64,000 nucleotides of DNA from a virus (IMGVR_UViG_3300029288_004137:64001-128000), one strand, 5' to 3'. Counted from the stretch's first letter, positions 1 through 8,145 are shown. The notes: a model not told the origin generated them from the letters alone. Made by a program: numbers and translations.

Positions 1-21
1 AAATTCCAGTTTTGTTTCCGA

Positions 22-223
22 CAATTACATAGCGATCTCCTTTTTCTTTAAAATCCATCTGTTTTTGATAAGCAAAAACATGTACCTTTGAACAAATAGG
101 ACAAATAGCAGAAAATTCCTTTCAATTACATAGCGATCTCCTTTTTCTTTAAAATCCATCTGTTTTTGATAAGCAAAAACATGTACCTTTGAACAAATAG
201 GACAAATAGCAGAAAATTCCTTT
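22..223. repeat. Exact 101-bp tandem duplication (22-122 / 123-223)
   Basis: caattacatagcgatc...gaaaattccttt occurs twice head to tail and shifts the frame of ORF 25..261. Confidence 0.9.
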
Positions 224-297
224 ACAGGAAAATAATAACATCCATAATCAATGCTATCCATGTTTATGCTTTTCCTTCTTCAACCGTTTATGCTTTA

Positions 298-326
298 AGT
301 ATAACATACCTTTTTTCAAATGTCAA
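298..326 (-). promoter_or_regulatory. sigma70-type promoter, member of a repeated promoter-leader module
   Basis: TTGACA-17 bp-TATACT followed by leader taaagcataaacggttgaa. Confidence 0.85.
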
Positions 327-340
327 GAAGAAAATAATAG

Positions 341-415
341 CAGTGTGTATGAGATTTGAACTCATGATCCTCGACGTGACAGGCCGATGCATTAAACCAA
401 CTATGCTAACACACT
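341..415 (-). tRNA. tRNA-Asp(GTC)
   Basis: Acceptor AGTGTGT/ACACACT, anticodon loop CTGTCAC, TTCAAAT T-loop. Confidence 0.9.
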
Positions 416-490
416 AAAAAAATATTTCTTGAAATAACTGGAGTTAATACCAGTCTTTTTTCTTTTTTGTCAAGAAGAAAATGAATGGAA

Positions 491-946
491 TTAAATTTCT
501 TTACAAACATATAAATTTGCCGTTTCCGAATAATATCCATTGCTTGTTCCATACCATCGAATAGTAACAGATCCTTTTATGGTTCTGATATTGTAAAAAT
601 ACCACGTTTGACTTTGACCATTAGGTTCATAACCATCATCACTATCATCCTCACTACACTTGTGTTTATAATCACAATAAGCACTGAGAATTTCAGTGTT
701 TTCAAGATCTGACAAATCTCCACATATATCTTCAATAGATACATCTTCACAACAGTCTTGATCGTGATATTGAACATATCCCGAATTTGAATCTTTTAAC
801 TGAAAAACAATACACTCTTTTTCATCATATCCAATATATGATTTAAAAACTTTGGAAAAAATTTTTCCTTCTAATTCTTTTTCGTCTATATATCCATATT
901 CAGCATACATTTTTATATTTCCTTCAATTTTTAATAAGAGAAACAA
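491..946 (-). CDS. Conserved phage hypothetical protein
   Basis: HDQDCCEDVSIEDICGDL and IRWYGTSNGYYSE motifs recalled from a widespread phage family. Confidence 0.65.
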   Translation of the reverse strand: MFLLLKIEGNIKMYAEYGYIDEKELEGKIFSKVFKSYIGYDEKECIVFQLKDSNSGYVQYHDQDCCEDVSIEDICGDLSDLENTEILSAYCDYKHKCSEDDSDDGYEPNGQSQTWYFYNIRTIKGSVTIRWYGTSNGYYSETANLYVCKEI

Positions 947-1263
947 TGAAGTTTTTGATATTTAATATAATCCCACCATAAGATCAGTAAATCTAAATAA
1001 TCAGAATGTTTTTTACTAGAAATCATTTTAACAAATTCATCTTTTGTCCAAAGATGAAGAGACATATTTATATTATAACCCCTTCTCTTCAGAATTTGAA
1101 AAGATTTCTTTATCCATCTTTGCTTTTTTGTTATCTTTCCCTTTTTTGAAGATACCACTTCCTCTTTTTCTTGAAGAATATTCCTAATTTCTTTTTTTAC
1201 TTTCTCTTTTGGAGAGAAAGGGTATTTTGTATGGCAATAGGTTTTTATAGAATATGCTTTCAT
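931..1263 (-). CDS. Hypothetical basic protein
   Basis: ORF directly downstream of promoter module 1297-1325. Confidence 0.6.
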   Translation of the reverse strand: MKAYSIKTYCHTKYPFSPKEKVKKEIRNILQEKEEVVSSKKGKITKKQRWIKKSFQILKRRGYNINMSLHLWTKDEFVKMISSKKHSDYLDLLILWWDYIKYQKLHCFSY

Positions 1264-1296
1264 TGTATTTCTTCTTTTTCAACCGTTTATGCTTTA

Positions 1297-1325
1297 AATA
1301 TAACACACCTTTTTTTAAATGTCAA
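1297..1325 (-). promoter_or_regulatory. sigma70-type promoter (repeated module)
   Basis: TTGACA-17-TATATT plus the same leader as 298-326. Confidence 0.8.
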
Positions 1326-1356
1326 GAAAAAAATTCTTCAATCAAATCAACGCATT

Positions 1357-1617
1357 TCACTTTCTCATAAGAGAAGGATGTTTCTTCTCATCAAAGAAAC
1401 TTTTTCCATCTTTATTAAAGAAAAAAACATCTGTTAATTCTTTCATATCTTTAAAGATAATTTCACTGTTTTCTTCATCGGATTCTTTAATAATCTTCAG
1501 AATAAGACATTTATTGATTTTTCGATGCTTTTTGTTAGCAATTTTCTTATCGCCCTTTTCTGAAGAACAAGAAGTAAAACCACAAATAGGAGATTTCTTA
1601 AACGAATGAGACATCAT
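1357..1617 (-). CDS. Hypothetical basic protein (start probably at MMSHSFKK)
   Basis: SD agagga precedes the internal ATG; the longer ORF call overlaps tRNA-Lys. Confidence 0.55.
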   Translation of the reverse strand: MMSHSFKKSPICGFTSCSSEKGDKKIANKKHRKINKCLILKIIKESDEENSEIIFKDMKELTDVFFFNKDGKSFFDEKKHPSLMRK

Positions 1618-1641
1618 ACTCCTCTTTTTATTTATAAATAG

Positions 1642-1714
1642 TGAGACAAGAGAGACTTGAACTCTCAACTCTCGGGTTAAAAGCCCGATACTCTACCAAT
1701 TGAGTTATTGTCTC
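1642..1714 (-). tRNA. tRNA-Lys(TTT)
   Basis: GAGACAA/TTGTCTC acceptor, loop CTTTTAA. Confidence 0.92.
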
Positions 1715-1849
1715 GATAAATTTTCAAAGAAAAAGAGGCTTGGATTATAAGCCTAAGCCAATAATAACAAACCCCTTTTACGCAAGTTTTTCTTTTAGAC
1801 AAAAACTCGCACTTTTGATTTATTGTTGTGATAACAATAAAGAAAAGAG

Positions 1850-1921
1850 TATCGCCATGGAGAATTGAACTCCAATACTAAGCGTGAAAGGCTTATAAAC
1901 TATCCGTTGTTTTATGGCGAT
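1850..1921 (-). tRNA. tRNA-Glu(TTC)
   Basis: ATCGCCA/TGGCGAT acceptor, loop CTTTCAC, GTTCAATT. Confidence 0.8.
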
Positions 1922-1941
1922 AAAATAACCATTAACTTCTG

Positions 1942-2014
1942 CGGATCAATTAGGACTTGAACCTAAAACCCCTCGGTTAACAGCCGAGCGCTCTACCAAT
2001 TGAGCTACTGACCC
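1942..2014 (-). tRNA. tRNA-Asn(GTT)
   Basis: Cloverleaf, loop CTGTTAA. Confidence 0.9.
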
Positions 2015-2032
2015 TTATTATTCAATATTATG

Positions 2033-2105
2033 CGGGCCAATTAGGACTTGAACCTAAAACCTTTTGTTTTGGAGACAAATACTCTGCCAATTGAGTTACT
2101 GACCC
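2033..2105 (-). tRNA. tRNA-Trp(CCA)
   Basis: Cloverleaf, loop CTCCAAA; body nearly identical to the adjacent tRNA-Asn. Confidence 0.88.
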
Positions 2106-2199
2106 TTATTCAAAAATTTAAAAGAAAACATGAATATGAAAAAAAATATATCTTAAAGTATCATCATTATCATTATAAGACAACATAAATCAACATGAC

Positions 2200-2340
2200 T
2201 TTTTTCTGCTGCAAATCTTGAAGAAACAAAATATTCAACGAGATCAAGATGACCATTTATATAAAGTAATTAAGTAATTAAAAAACAAAGCGCACCGTGT
2301 TCAACAAGGTATTTAACAACATCAAACATCATATTCATGT
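2200..2340 (-). pseudogene. Ankyrin-repeat gene remnant
   Basis: Fragments FDVVKYLVEHGA and NGHLDLVEYF separated by a stop. Confidence 0.55.
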
Positions 2341-2465
2341 TTTCTTTTAAATTTTCAAATAACAAAATCTTGTCCGGGAGGATTCTACTCCGTTGAATAA
2401 CTATCCTCCCGGACACGATTAACAGATTCAATTCTATCAGATAAAATTTCAAAAGTCAAGAGAAA

Positions 2466-2554
2466 AATGGGGGTTCAGCAAGAGAAACCTATCTGATTGC
2501 AGATTTTAATCTCTTTTCTAATCCTTTATTAGAACAAAGGGCCAAACCCCCATT
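2466..2554 (-). ncRNA. Candidate structured RNA (~90 nt, branched)
   Basis: Closing helix AATGGGGGTTTGGC/GCTGAACCCCCATT with G-U pairs on minus strand and internal hairpins. Confidence 0.5.
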
Positions 2555-2556
2555 CT

Positions 2557-2723
2557 GTACTCTCATTCGCAAAGAATATCAATCATATGAGATATATATG
2601 GGTTGATAATTCTTCACTTGCAAAGGTCACAAACAAGAAACGGATTATTCTGTTGTAACATTAAACATTGCTAAGTCATTCTATGCAAATCCATCTACAT
2701 TTCGAAGTAACTTATGAGAGTAC
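2557..2723 (-). ncRNA. Candidate structured RNA (~167 nt, four-way junction)
   Basis: Closing helix GTACTCTCAT/ATGAGAGTAC encloses three hairpins; promoter at 2765-2793 upstream; no ORF. Confidence 0.55.
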
Positions 2724-2764
2724 CTATAAATTTTAAAGAACAATTTTCAACTCTTCATACTCTA

Positions 2765-2793
2765 AGTATAGCACATTCAATTTCAAAAGTCAA
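2765..2793 (-). promoter_or_regulatory. sigma70-type promoter
   Basis: TTGACT-17-TATACT. Confidence 0.8.
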
Positions 2794-2806
2794 GTGTTTT
2801 TTTTAG

Positions 2807-2891
2807 AGGAAAGAAAGGGATTTGAACCCTTGGGGCTTTAAAACCCACTAGTTTTCAGGACTAGCGCCTTAAACCACTCGGCCATCTTTCC
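2807..2891 (-). tRNA. tRNA-Ser(TGA)
   Basis: GGAAAGA/TCTTTCC acceptor, long variable arm, loop CCTGAAA. Confidence 0.9.
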
Positions 2892-2962
2892 CAACGCTTC
2901 ATAAACCAATCATAACACACTTGACTTCAAAAGTCAAGAAAAAAATTCTTCAATCAAATCAG

Positions 2963-3034
2963 AGCCCTTCATCGGACTTGAACCGACAACCCCCTGCTTA
3001 CAAGGCAGGAGCTCTACCATTGAGCTAAAAGGGC
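2963..3034 (-). tRNA. tRNA-Thr(TGT)
   Basis: Cloverleaf, loop CTTGTAA. Confidence 0.92.
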
Positions 3035-3041
3035 AACATAG

Positions 3042-3126
3042 TGCTGAAAGAGGGATTTGAACCCTCACGGTTTATACAACCGAGGGATTTTGAATCCCTT
3101 GTGTCTCCCATTTCCACCATAACAGC
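3042..3126 (-). tRNA. tRNA-Leu(CAA)
   Basis: Long variable arm, loop TTCAAAA; two acceptor mismatches. Confidence 0.85.
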
Positions 3127-3138
3127 AGTAAAATATAG

Positions 3139-3221
3139 TGCTGAAGGAGGGATTCGAACCCTCATGTTTTATAAACGAAGGATTCTAAATCCTTTGTGTA
3201 TACCAATTCCACCACGATAGC
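3139..3221 (-). tRNA. tRNA-Leu(TAG), copy with mispaired acceptor
   Basis: Loop TTTAGAA; acceptor GCTATCG/CTTCAGC has three mismatches. Confidence 0.8.
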
Positions 3222-3281
3222 ATCGAAATATGGTGCTGAAGGAGGGATTCGAACCCTCATGACCTATGGTCGAGAGATTTT

Positions 3282-3980
3282 CATACCACTATGATTTTCA
3301 TCACTATGTTTCTACGTTTATAGAAAACATATTTGTAGCCTGGACTATGCCTTTACCTTATCTTATACTACTTAGTATAAGACTTAGGTAGTTACCGTCT
3401 AGTCTCTACACTTTCTTTTCTAAAGGAGAATCATAATGCGATTATTAAAGTATTCTGAAAAACAATTAATAGAGGCTGTTTTAACTTCTACAAGTAAACG
3501 TCAAGTTCTTTTAAAACTTAATGTAAAAGCATGTGGAGGAAATTATACTGTTCTTACCAAAGCAATAAAATATTTTAAATTAAACATATCTCATTTTACT
3601 GGAAAGGCTTGGAACAAAGGTAAAAAATTTACTAAAAAATCTCTTGAATGTTATTTAACAAACGATATTCAAATTCAATCTAATAAATTGAAAAAAAGAC
3701 TTTTAGCAGAGAAAAAATTTCCTTATCAATGCTCTAATTGTAAAAGAACAACCTGGCTTAAATGTCAAATACCTTTAGAACTTCATCATAAAGATGGAAA
3801 TTCTAAGAATAACAAGATAGACAATCTAACTTTATTATGTCCAAATTGTCATTCAATGACCACATCATATTGCCGTAGAAAAGCTTAGCTCGGCGTTGTC
3901 ATGCAAATAAATTTGTTTAGATTTCACCGAATTTGGCAACATTCACATAAAGATTTCTCGCTTATGTGCTCAAATCAAAT
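3282..3980 (-). mobile_element. Group I intron (IC3, trnL-UAA type) carrying an HNH gene
   Basis: Inserted U^AA in the anticodon, ends in G; core segments AATTCGGTGAAA, AACGCCGAGC, GTAGAGACTAGA, GGCATAGTCC resemble cyanobacterial trnL introns. Confidence 0.88.
3436..3888 (+). CDS. HNH homing endonuclease, intron-encoded and antisense
   Basis: CSNC...LELHHKDGNSKNN...LLCPNCH; SD aaggag. Confidence 0.88.
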   Translation: MRLLKYSEKQLIEAVLTSTSKRQVLLKLNVKACGGNYTVLTKAIKYFKLNISHFTGKAWNKGKKFTKKSLECYLTNDIQIQSNKLKKRLLAEKKFPYQCSNCKRTTWLKCQIPLELHHKDGNSKNNKIDNLTLLCPNCHSMTTSYCRRKA

Positions 3981-4021
3981 AAGTCTCTTGCGTCTACCAT
4001 TCCGCCACAACAGCATTACAG

Positions 4022-4104
4022 TGCTATTGGAGGGACTTGAACCCCCACGATCTAAGATCAAAGGATTCTAAATCCTTTGTGTCTCCCATTTCCACCACAA
4101 TAGC
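4022..4104 (-). tRNA. tRNA-Leu(TAG)
   Basis: Perfect acceptor GCTATTG/CAATAGC, loop TTTAGAA. Confidence 0.92.
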
Positions 4105-4274
4105 AGTTTATAATATATTATATCAAAGATTCAATTGCTCTATTTTTCTTTGTTTCTTTTCTATCATTAGAAAAAAATAGCAAATTCCATACTTCGCAAT
4201 GAGAACAACTTTTATCTTTACATGTAAGACTACATGTATCAATTTTATGATCTAATGAAATATCAATATGATAC

Positions 4275-4529
4275 TTACTTTTTTCTAACATAATCCGTGT
4301 ATCCATATATATCTCTCAAAATGTTTGTCCTATGCCCATAAGTCCTTTCCACAAGATTATAATCTGAATTATTCTCAGATAAATCTGGAAAATAGGTATC
4401 AATCATATAAGCCATGAATTTTGTTGCCAAAACAAACGCTTCTTCCTCAGAAGCGGCTGTCTCAATAACTTCAGCTGCATTAAGAAAATTATTTATCAAA
4501 TCTTCTTGATAACTTCTTTCTTCATTCAT
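4275..4529 (-). CDS. Hypothetical protein
   Basis: ORF with SD aggggaa. Confidence 0.55.
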   Translation of the reverse strand: MNEERSYQEDLINNFLNAAEVIETAASEEEAFVLATKFMAYMIDTYFPDLSENNSDYNLVERTYGHRTNILRDIYGYTDYVRKK

Positions 4530-4737
4530 AGTGATTATTCCCCTTCTTTAAAAGATATATAGTATCTCATCAGAAGTAAAATTGAAATTATAAGCACCAA
4601 AAAAATTGATAGAATACATTTTATTCATTCCTTATTTTTAAAAAAAAGGATTCATGGCAGAATTCATCTGCAATTACTTTCCAGAAAAGATTAACTGGCA
4701 TGAATCCAAATCTTTATCTATAATACTGATACGAGAA

Positions 4738-5277
4738 TCAAAGACCCATAGTATCAGAAACTTCGGAGATATCCGAAGTATCAGAAACTTCCGAATCATC
4801 AGAAACTACCGATCCGTCATCCAAAAAAGATTCAGAAACTTCTACTTCCGAATCATCATCATTGTCATTGTCATCATCCAAATCCTCGGAAACCTCGGAA
4901 ACCTTTACGGTATCCGTATTCGTTTCCGTTACTTCTTCGGTAACGACGGGAGTAGACTTCCTTGCCTTTTCCCTTTCCCCTTCCGCCTCAAAATCCCGAA
5001 TCATATCGATAGCCTTTGTAAGGCTAGCAACCTCGACGACACAAGGACGTTCATCGCCTTCGGGGGTGACAATGACATCCACGCCTTTGACAACCATCTC
5101 AACTCCAAAGGTCTTGGAATTTGCCTTGTTATCAAAGTCACAAGAGAAGAACAACTTTCCCTTGGGCCCTTCAACCTCGAAGATTCCATCCTGATCTTCA
5201 CTGTCACCATTAGCGGTGAGACAAATACCTACATCATTCATCCGAAAAATCTTATCAAGCGCACTGTCCTTTCTCAT
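4738..5277 (-). CDS. Hypothetical protein with acidic C-terminus
   Basis: SD aaagga, promoter 5325-5353 upstream; visibly more GC-rich than flanks. Confidence 0.7.
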   Translation of the reverse strand: MRKDSALDKIFRMNDVGICLTANGDSEDQDGIFEVEGPKGKLFFSCDFDNKANSKTFGVEMVVKGVDVIVTPEGDERPCVVEVASLTKAIDMIRDFEAEGEREKARKSTPVVTEEVTETNTDTVKVSEVSEDLDDDNDNDDDSEVEVSESFLDDGSVVSDDSEVSDTSDISEVSDTMGL

Positions 5278-5438
5278 AACAATTTCCTTTCTTAAGGTTA
5301 TTAAATTTAACTAATCTACAAACCATCATACCATACTTTTTTTAGGTTGTCAAGAGAAAAAGTGTTTCGAAATGTTTTTCCTTTTTCAACCGTTCATGCC
5401 TTAAGCATACCACAACTTTTTTCAAATGTCAAGAGAAA

Positions 5439-5466
5439 AACGATGGGAAATTAATTTCCCATCGTT
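5439..5466 (-). terminator. Intrinsic terminator
   Basis: Palindrome AACGATGGGAAATTAATTTCCCATCGTT followed by a T run on the minus strand. Confidence 0.75.
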
Positions 5467-5471
5467 CTCCC

Positions 5472-5774
5472 TTGTGCTATGCTATAGCAAGCATAATCCG
5501 TTATTAAAAACCTAAAGATTCACGGATTTACAAAATTCTTTAGGCTTATATTGCCTGCTTAATCTACTTTACAGGAAGATAACATATGCAGGCTAATATA
5601 TGTTATCCGCTTTATTGTGTTATAAAGGAAAAACTAATAAGTGCTTTATAACACAATAAAAATGTATACTATGATAGAGATGTACGAAAAAATATGTACC
5701 TCATAGTATAGTATTAAAATTACCCGTATGGGCGACTGCCCTATTTATCAATGTGCCACGGGCAAACAACACAA
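5472..5774 (-). ncRNA. Candidate ~300-nt structured ncRNA with two pseudoknots
   Basis: Terminal helix, five internal hairpins, two loop-downstream pairings; lies between a promoter and a terminator with no sense ORF. Confidence 0.7.
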
Positions 5775-5955
5775 TTCTTTTTCAATCGTTCATGTCTTAA
5801 TCATACCATAACTTTTTTCAAATGTCAAGAGAAAAATTTTTCAAAATGTGAAATGTTTTTCTTTTTCAATCGTTCATGCCTTAAGTATGACATACTTTTT
5901 TTCAAAAGTCAAGAAAAAAGTGAATGGCAAAATATTTTTATTTTAAGTGCAATTA

Positions 5956-6213
5956 TCACAAATATTTATATCCACTCCTCTTTTCTTCTTCTTCTTTTTC
6001 TTCCTTCTCTCTTTCAAATTCAATTCTGGCATTAAAGAGATTATCTTCAGCTTCATAAATTGGTTTTCTATCGAGATAATATTCATATTCTTCAATAAAA
6101 TGAGGACCATGCTCATCATTAAAACCAGGAATAAATTCCATAATATCTTCTTTATATTTTCTTTTTGCCAAAAGCAATTTATACTCTAATTCAATTATTG
6201 TTGATAATTTCAT
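5956..6213 (-). CDS. Hypothetical protein
   Basis: Coupled to the upstream ankyrin gene. Confidence 0.55.
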   Translation of the reverse strand: MKLSTIIELEYKLLLAKRKYKEDIMEFIPGFNDEHGPHFIEEYEYYLDRKPIYEAEDNLFNARIEFEREKEEKEEEEKRSGYKYL

Positions 6214-6641
6214 TTAATTATTATCCTCTCCAATATTAAGTATTTAATATAAAGATTGTCAATCTGAAAAAACAATTCTTTTAATTCCATAACAGAATGT
6301 AAAGAAAGTAAATATTCAACCATATTAAAATGTTTATTTTCTGCCACTCTTTTTAAAAGATTACCACAACCATTAAAAAGAAGATGAAAATCAGCACCAT
6401 GCTCAATCAAACATTTGACAACATCAAAACGATTGTAAAATGCTGCAAACCATAAAGGACTATCGTTTTCAGCATGAATATTGGCACCATGCCCAATCAA
6501 ATATTTAACAATATCAAGATAGCCCTTTTCCGCGGCCCATCTTAAAGCAAGATCATCTTCAACATGAATATTATATCCATTTTCAATATAATATTTAACT
6601 TCTTGAATATTATTATTTATTACTGCATCAACGATATTCAT
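6210..6641 (-). CDS. Ankyrin-repeat protein with conserved C-terminal tail
   Basis: ALRWAAEKGYLDIVKYLIGHGANIH repeats; tail ELKELFFQIDNLYIKYLILER. Confidence 0.9.
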   Translation of the reverse strand: MNIVDAVINNNIQEVKYYIENGYNIHVEDDLALRWAAEKGYLDIVKYLIGHGANIHAENDSPLWFAAFYNRFDVVKCLIEHGADFHLLFNGCGNLLKRVAENKHFNMVEYLLSLHSVMELKELFFQIDNLYIKYLILERIIIK

Positions 6642-6687
6642 TATATAACCTTTCTAACATTAATTAATAGAATCAATTTTATTGAAT

Positions 6688-7122
6688 CTATTTTTTTGAT
6701 ATTTTCTTTTCATTTAATTTTTTCAATATTAAAAACTTAAGGTGTAATAACTCAGATTTCCCTATAGAATCCATATCATAATATACATCAAAAAAAGAAA
6801 AGAATTCTTTTAATTCAAATTCATAAAGGAAACTTATTAAATATTCAAAAATATCCCAATGTTTTCTTTCTTCTGCAAGAAGAACAGGTTCATATTTATT
6901 AAATCGAATATCAGCACCTTGTTCAACATTATATTTTACCAAATCAAATCTACCAATTTGAACTGATATTTTTAAATCATAATTAAGTTTATTACTTTTG
7001 TTTTTCATCGTCTTTCCCATATTGACATATAGGACAAAATTGTTTTTCAATATCAAATAATTCTGAAAGACAATTAGGACATTTATATGGTGTATATCCA
7101 CAAAATATACATTTACATTCAT
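6688..7122 (-). CDS. Short ankyrin-like protein (start probably internal MKNKS)
   Basis: GRFDLVKYNVEQGADIR and related tail. Confidence 0.7.
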   Translation of the reverse strand: MNVNVYFVDIHHINVLIVFQNYLILKNNFVLYVNMGKTMKNKSNKLNYDLKISVQIGRFDLVKYNVEQGADIRFNKYEPVLLAEERKHWDIFEYLISFLYEFELKEFFSFFDVYYDMDSIGKSELLHLKFLILKKLNEKKISKK

Positions 7123-7174
7123 TTATATGAACGAACAATGTTTCTTTTTGACAATGAGGACAAAGTTTAAACAT
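6992..7174 (-). CDS. Small Zn-ribbon protein
   Basis: Four CxxC pairs in 60 aa. Confidence 0.65.
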   Translation of the reverse strand: MFKLCPHCQKETLFVHINECKCIFCGYTPYKCPNCLSELFDIEKQFCPICQYGKDDEKQK

Positions 7175-7311
7175 TTTTATTCCTTACTATTTTTTCAGAT
7201 ATTTTTATAATTGAACACTTTTTACATTTAGTAATGCTTTCATCAGAAAACCAAAAGTATCCTGCTGCTACTAATAAACAATTTACCAATACCATGATTA
7301 TTATACCCATT

Positions 7312-7524
7312 TTATTGTTTTACCTGTCGTGTTATTAGTGCTTTTGCAAGCATTTCTTTAACAGCTTTCTCATTTTGTCTAAAGAAAAAAGACATTATAT
7401 TTAAAGGGCAATTCAAACACTCATTAAGTTTTAATGTGTTTTTTTTCACATTAAAACTTAATTCTGAAGAATACATAAAACAATATCCTGCAAAAAAAGC
7501 AAAAAAAGCAATGATATAAATCAT
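7312..7524 (-). CDS. Small membrane protein with CxxC
   Basis: N-terminal hydrophobic helix. Confidence 0.55.
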   Translation of the reverse strand: MIYIIAFFAFFAGYCFMYSSELSFNVKKNTLKLNECLNCPLNIMSFFFRQNEKAVKEMLAKALITRQVKQ

Positions 7525-7715
7525 ATTTCTTTCTCTTTTTCAGAATTTAAACTTTCTTTTACTTCTGAAGAAACCAAAGATTGCATAAGAGCATTAAACA
7601 TGTCTACACATTTCAAGCACAAAAAAACCTGCTTTGTTTTTTGTTTTTGAGAAGCCAATAGCACTCCCAATCCAAAAGAAATAATTCCTAGAACAATGCC
7701 TGTAAAGATTTCCAT
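7521..7715 (-). CDS. Small membrane protein with CxxC
   Basis: N-terminal hydrophobic helix. Confidence 0.55.
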   Translation of the reverse strand: MEIFTGIVLGIISFGLGVLLASQKQKTKQVFLCLKCVDMFNALMQSLVSSEVKESLNSEKEKEI

Positions 7716-7988
7716 TTAATTCTTAATTTCCCCTTTTTTATTATTCTTTCGGTTAGAAATCATTATTGCTAGATAGGTTCCCGTTCCATTACCAGCAATA
7801 TATCCAACTAAAAGACAAATATCTTGCTGAGAAATAAATCTCTCAGCTACAAAAAGTCCCAATGCCGTTACTACCATTGACCATATAGAAGCCTGGAACC
7901 CACGGCATTTTACTACAGCCCGAGTATATCTTGTCGCACATAAGTCCAGTATCAGACCTATCAAAAAATATATTACAAAATTTGTCAT
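7716..7988 (-). CDS. Small multi-pass membrane protein
   Basis: Three hydrophobic segments, basic tail. Confidence 0.6.
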   Translation of the reverse strand: MTNFVIYFLIGLILDLCATRYTRAVVKCRGFQASIWSMVVTALGLFVAERFISQQDICLLVGYIAGNGTGTYLAIMISNRKNNKKGEIKN

Positions 7989-8145
7989 AAAATTTCTTTC
8001 TTATTAAATGTTTATTACACAGTGGAGGTTTATCTTCTTTTTTAATCAGTGATTCATTCATTTTATTTTTCCCCTTTTATCGACGTTCATGCTTAAATCA
8101 TAACACACCTGACTTTAAAAGTCAAGCTTTTTTTTCTTTCATTTT

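Larger units (their letters stand above)
3231..4014 (-). tRNA. trnL: tRNA-Leu(TAA), intron-containing (exons 3981-4014 and 3231-3281)
   Basis: Joining exons gives AGAGA-CTT/AAAA-TCTCT anticodon arm; CCA encoded. Confidence 0.9.
5325..5912 (-). promoter_or_regulatory. Four sigma70 promoters (5325-5353, 5404-5432, 5800-5828, 5884-5912)
   Basis: Each TTGAC(A/T)-17-(TATGAT/TATGCT/CATACT); three carry the shared leader. Confidence 0.8.

Noticed and set aside
4654-5295. 213-aa plus-strand ORF
   Set aside because: Shadow of the minus-strand ORF, which has the SD and promoter
5472-5774. tmRNA or RNase P
   Set aside because: No tRNA-like acceptor/T arm, tag frame or RNase P conserved motifs recognised
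5751-6035. Plus-strand 94-aa ORF with internal repeat
   Set aside because: It only translates the antisense of two promoter modules
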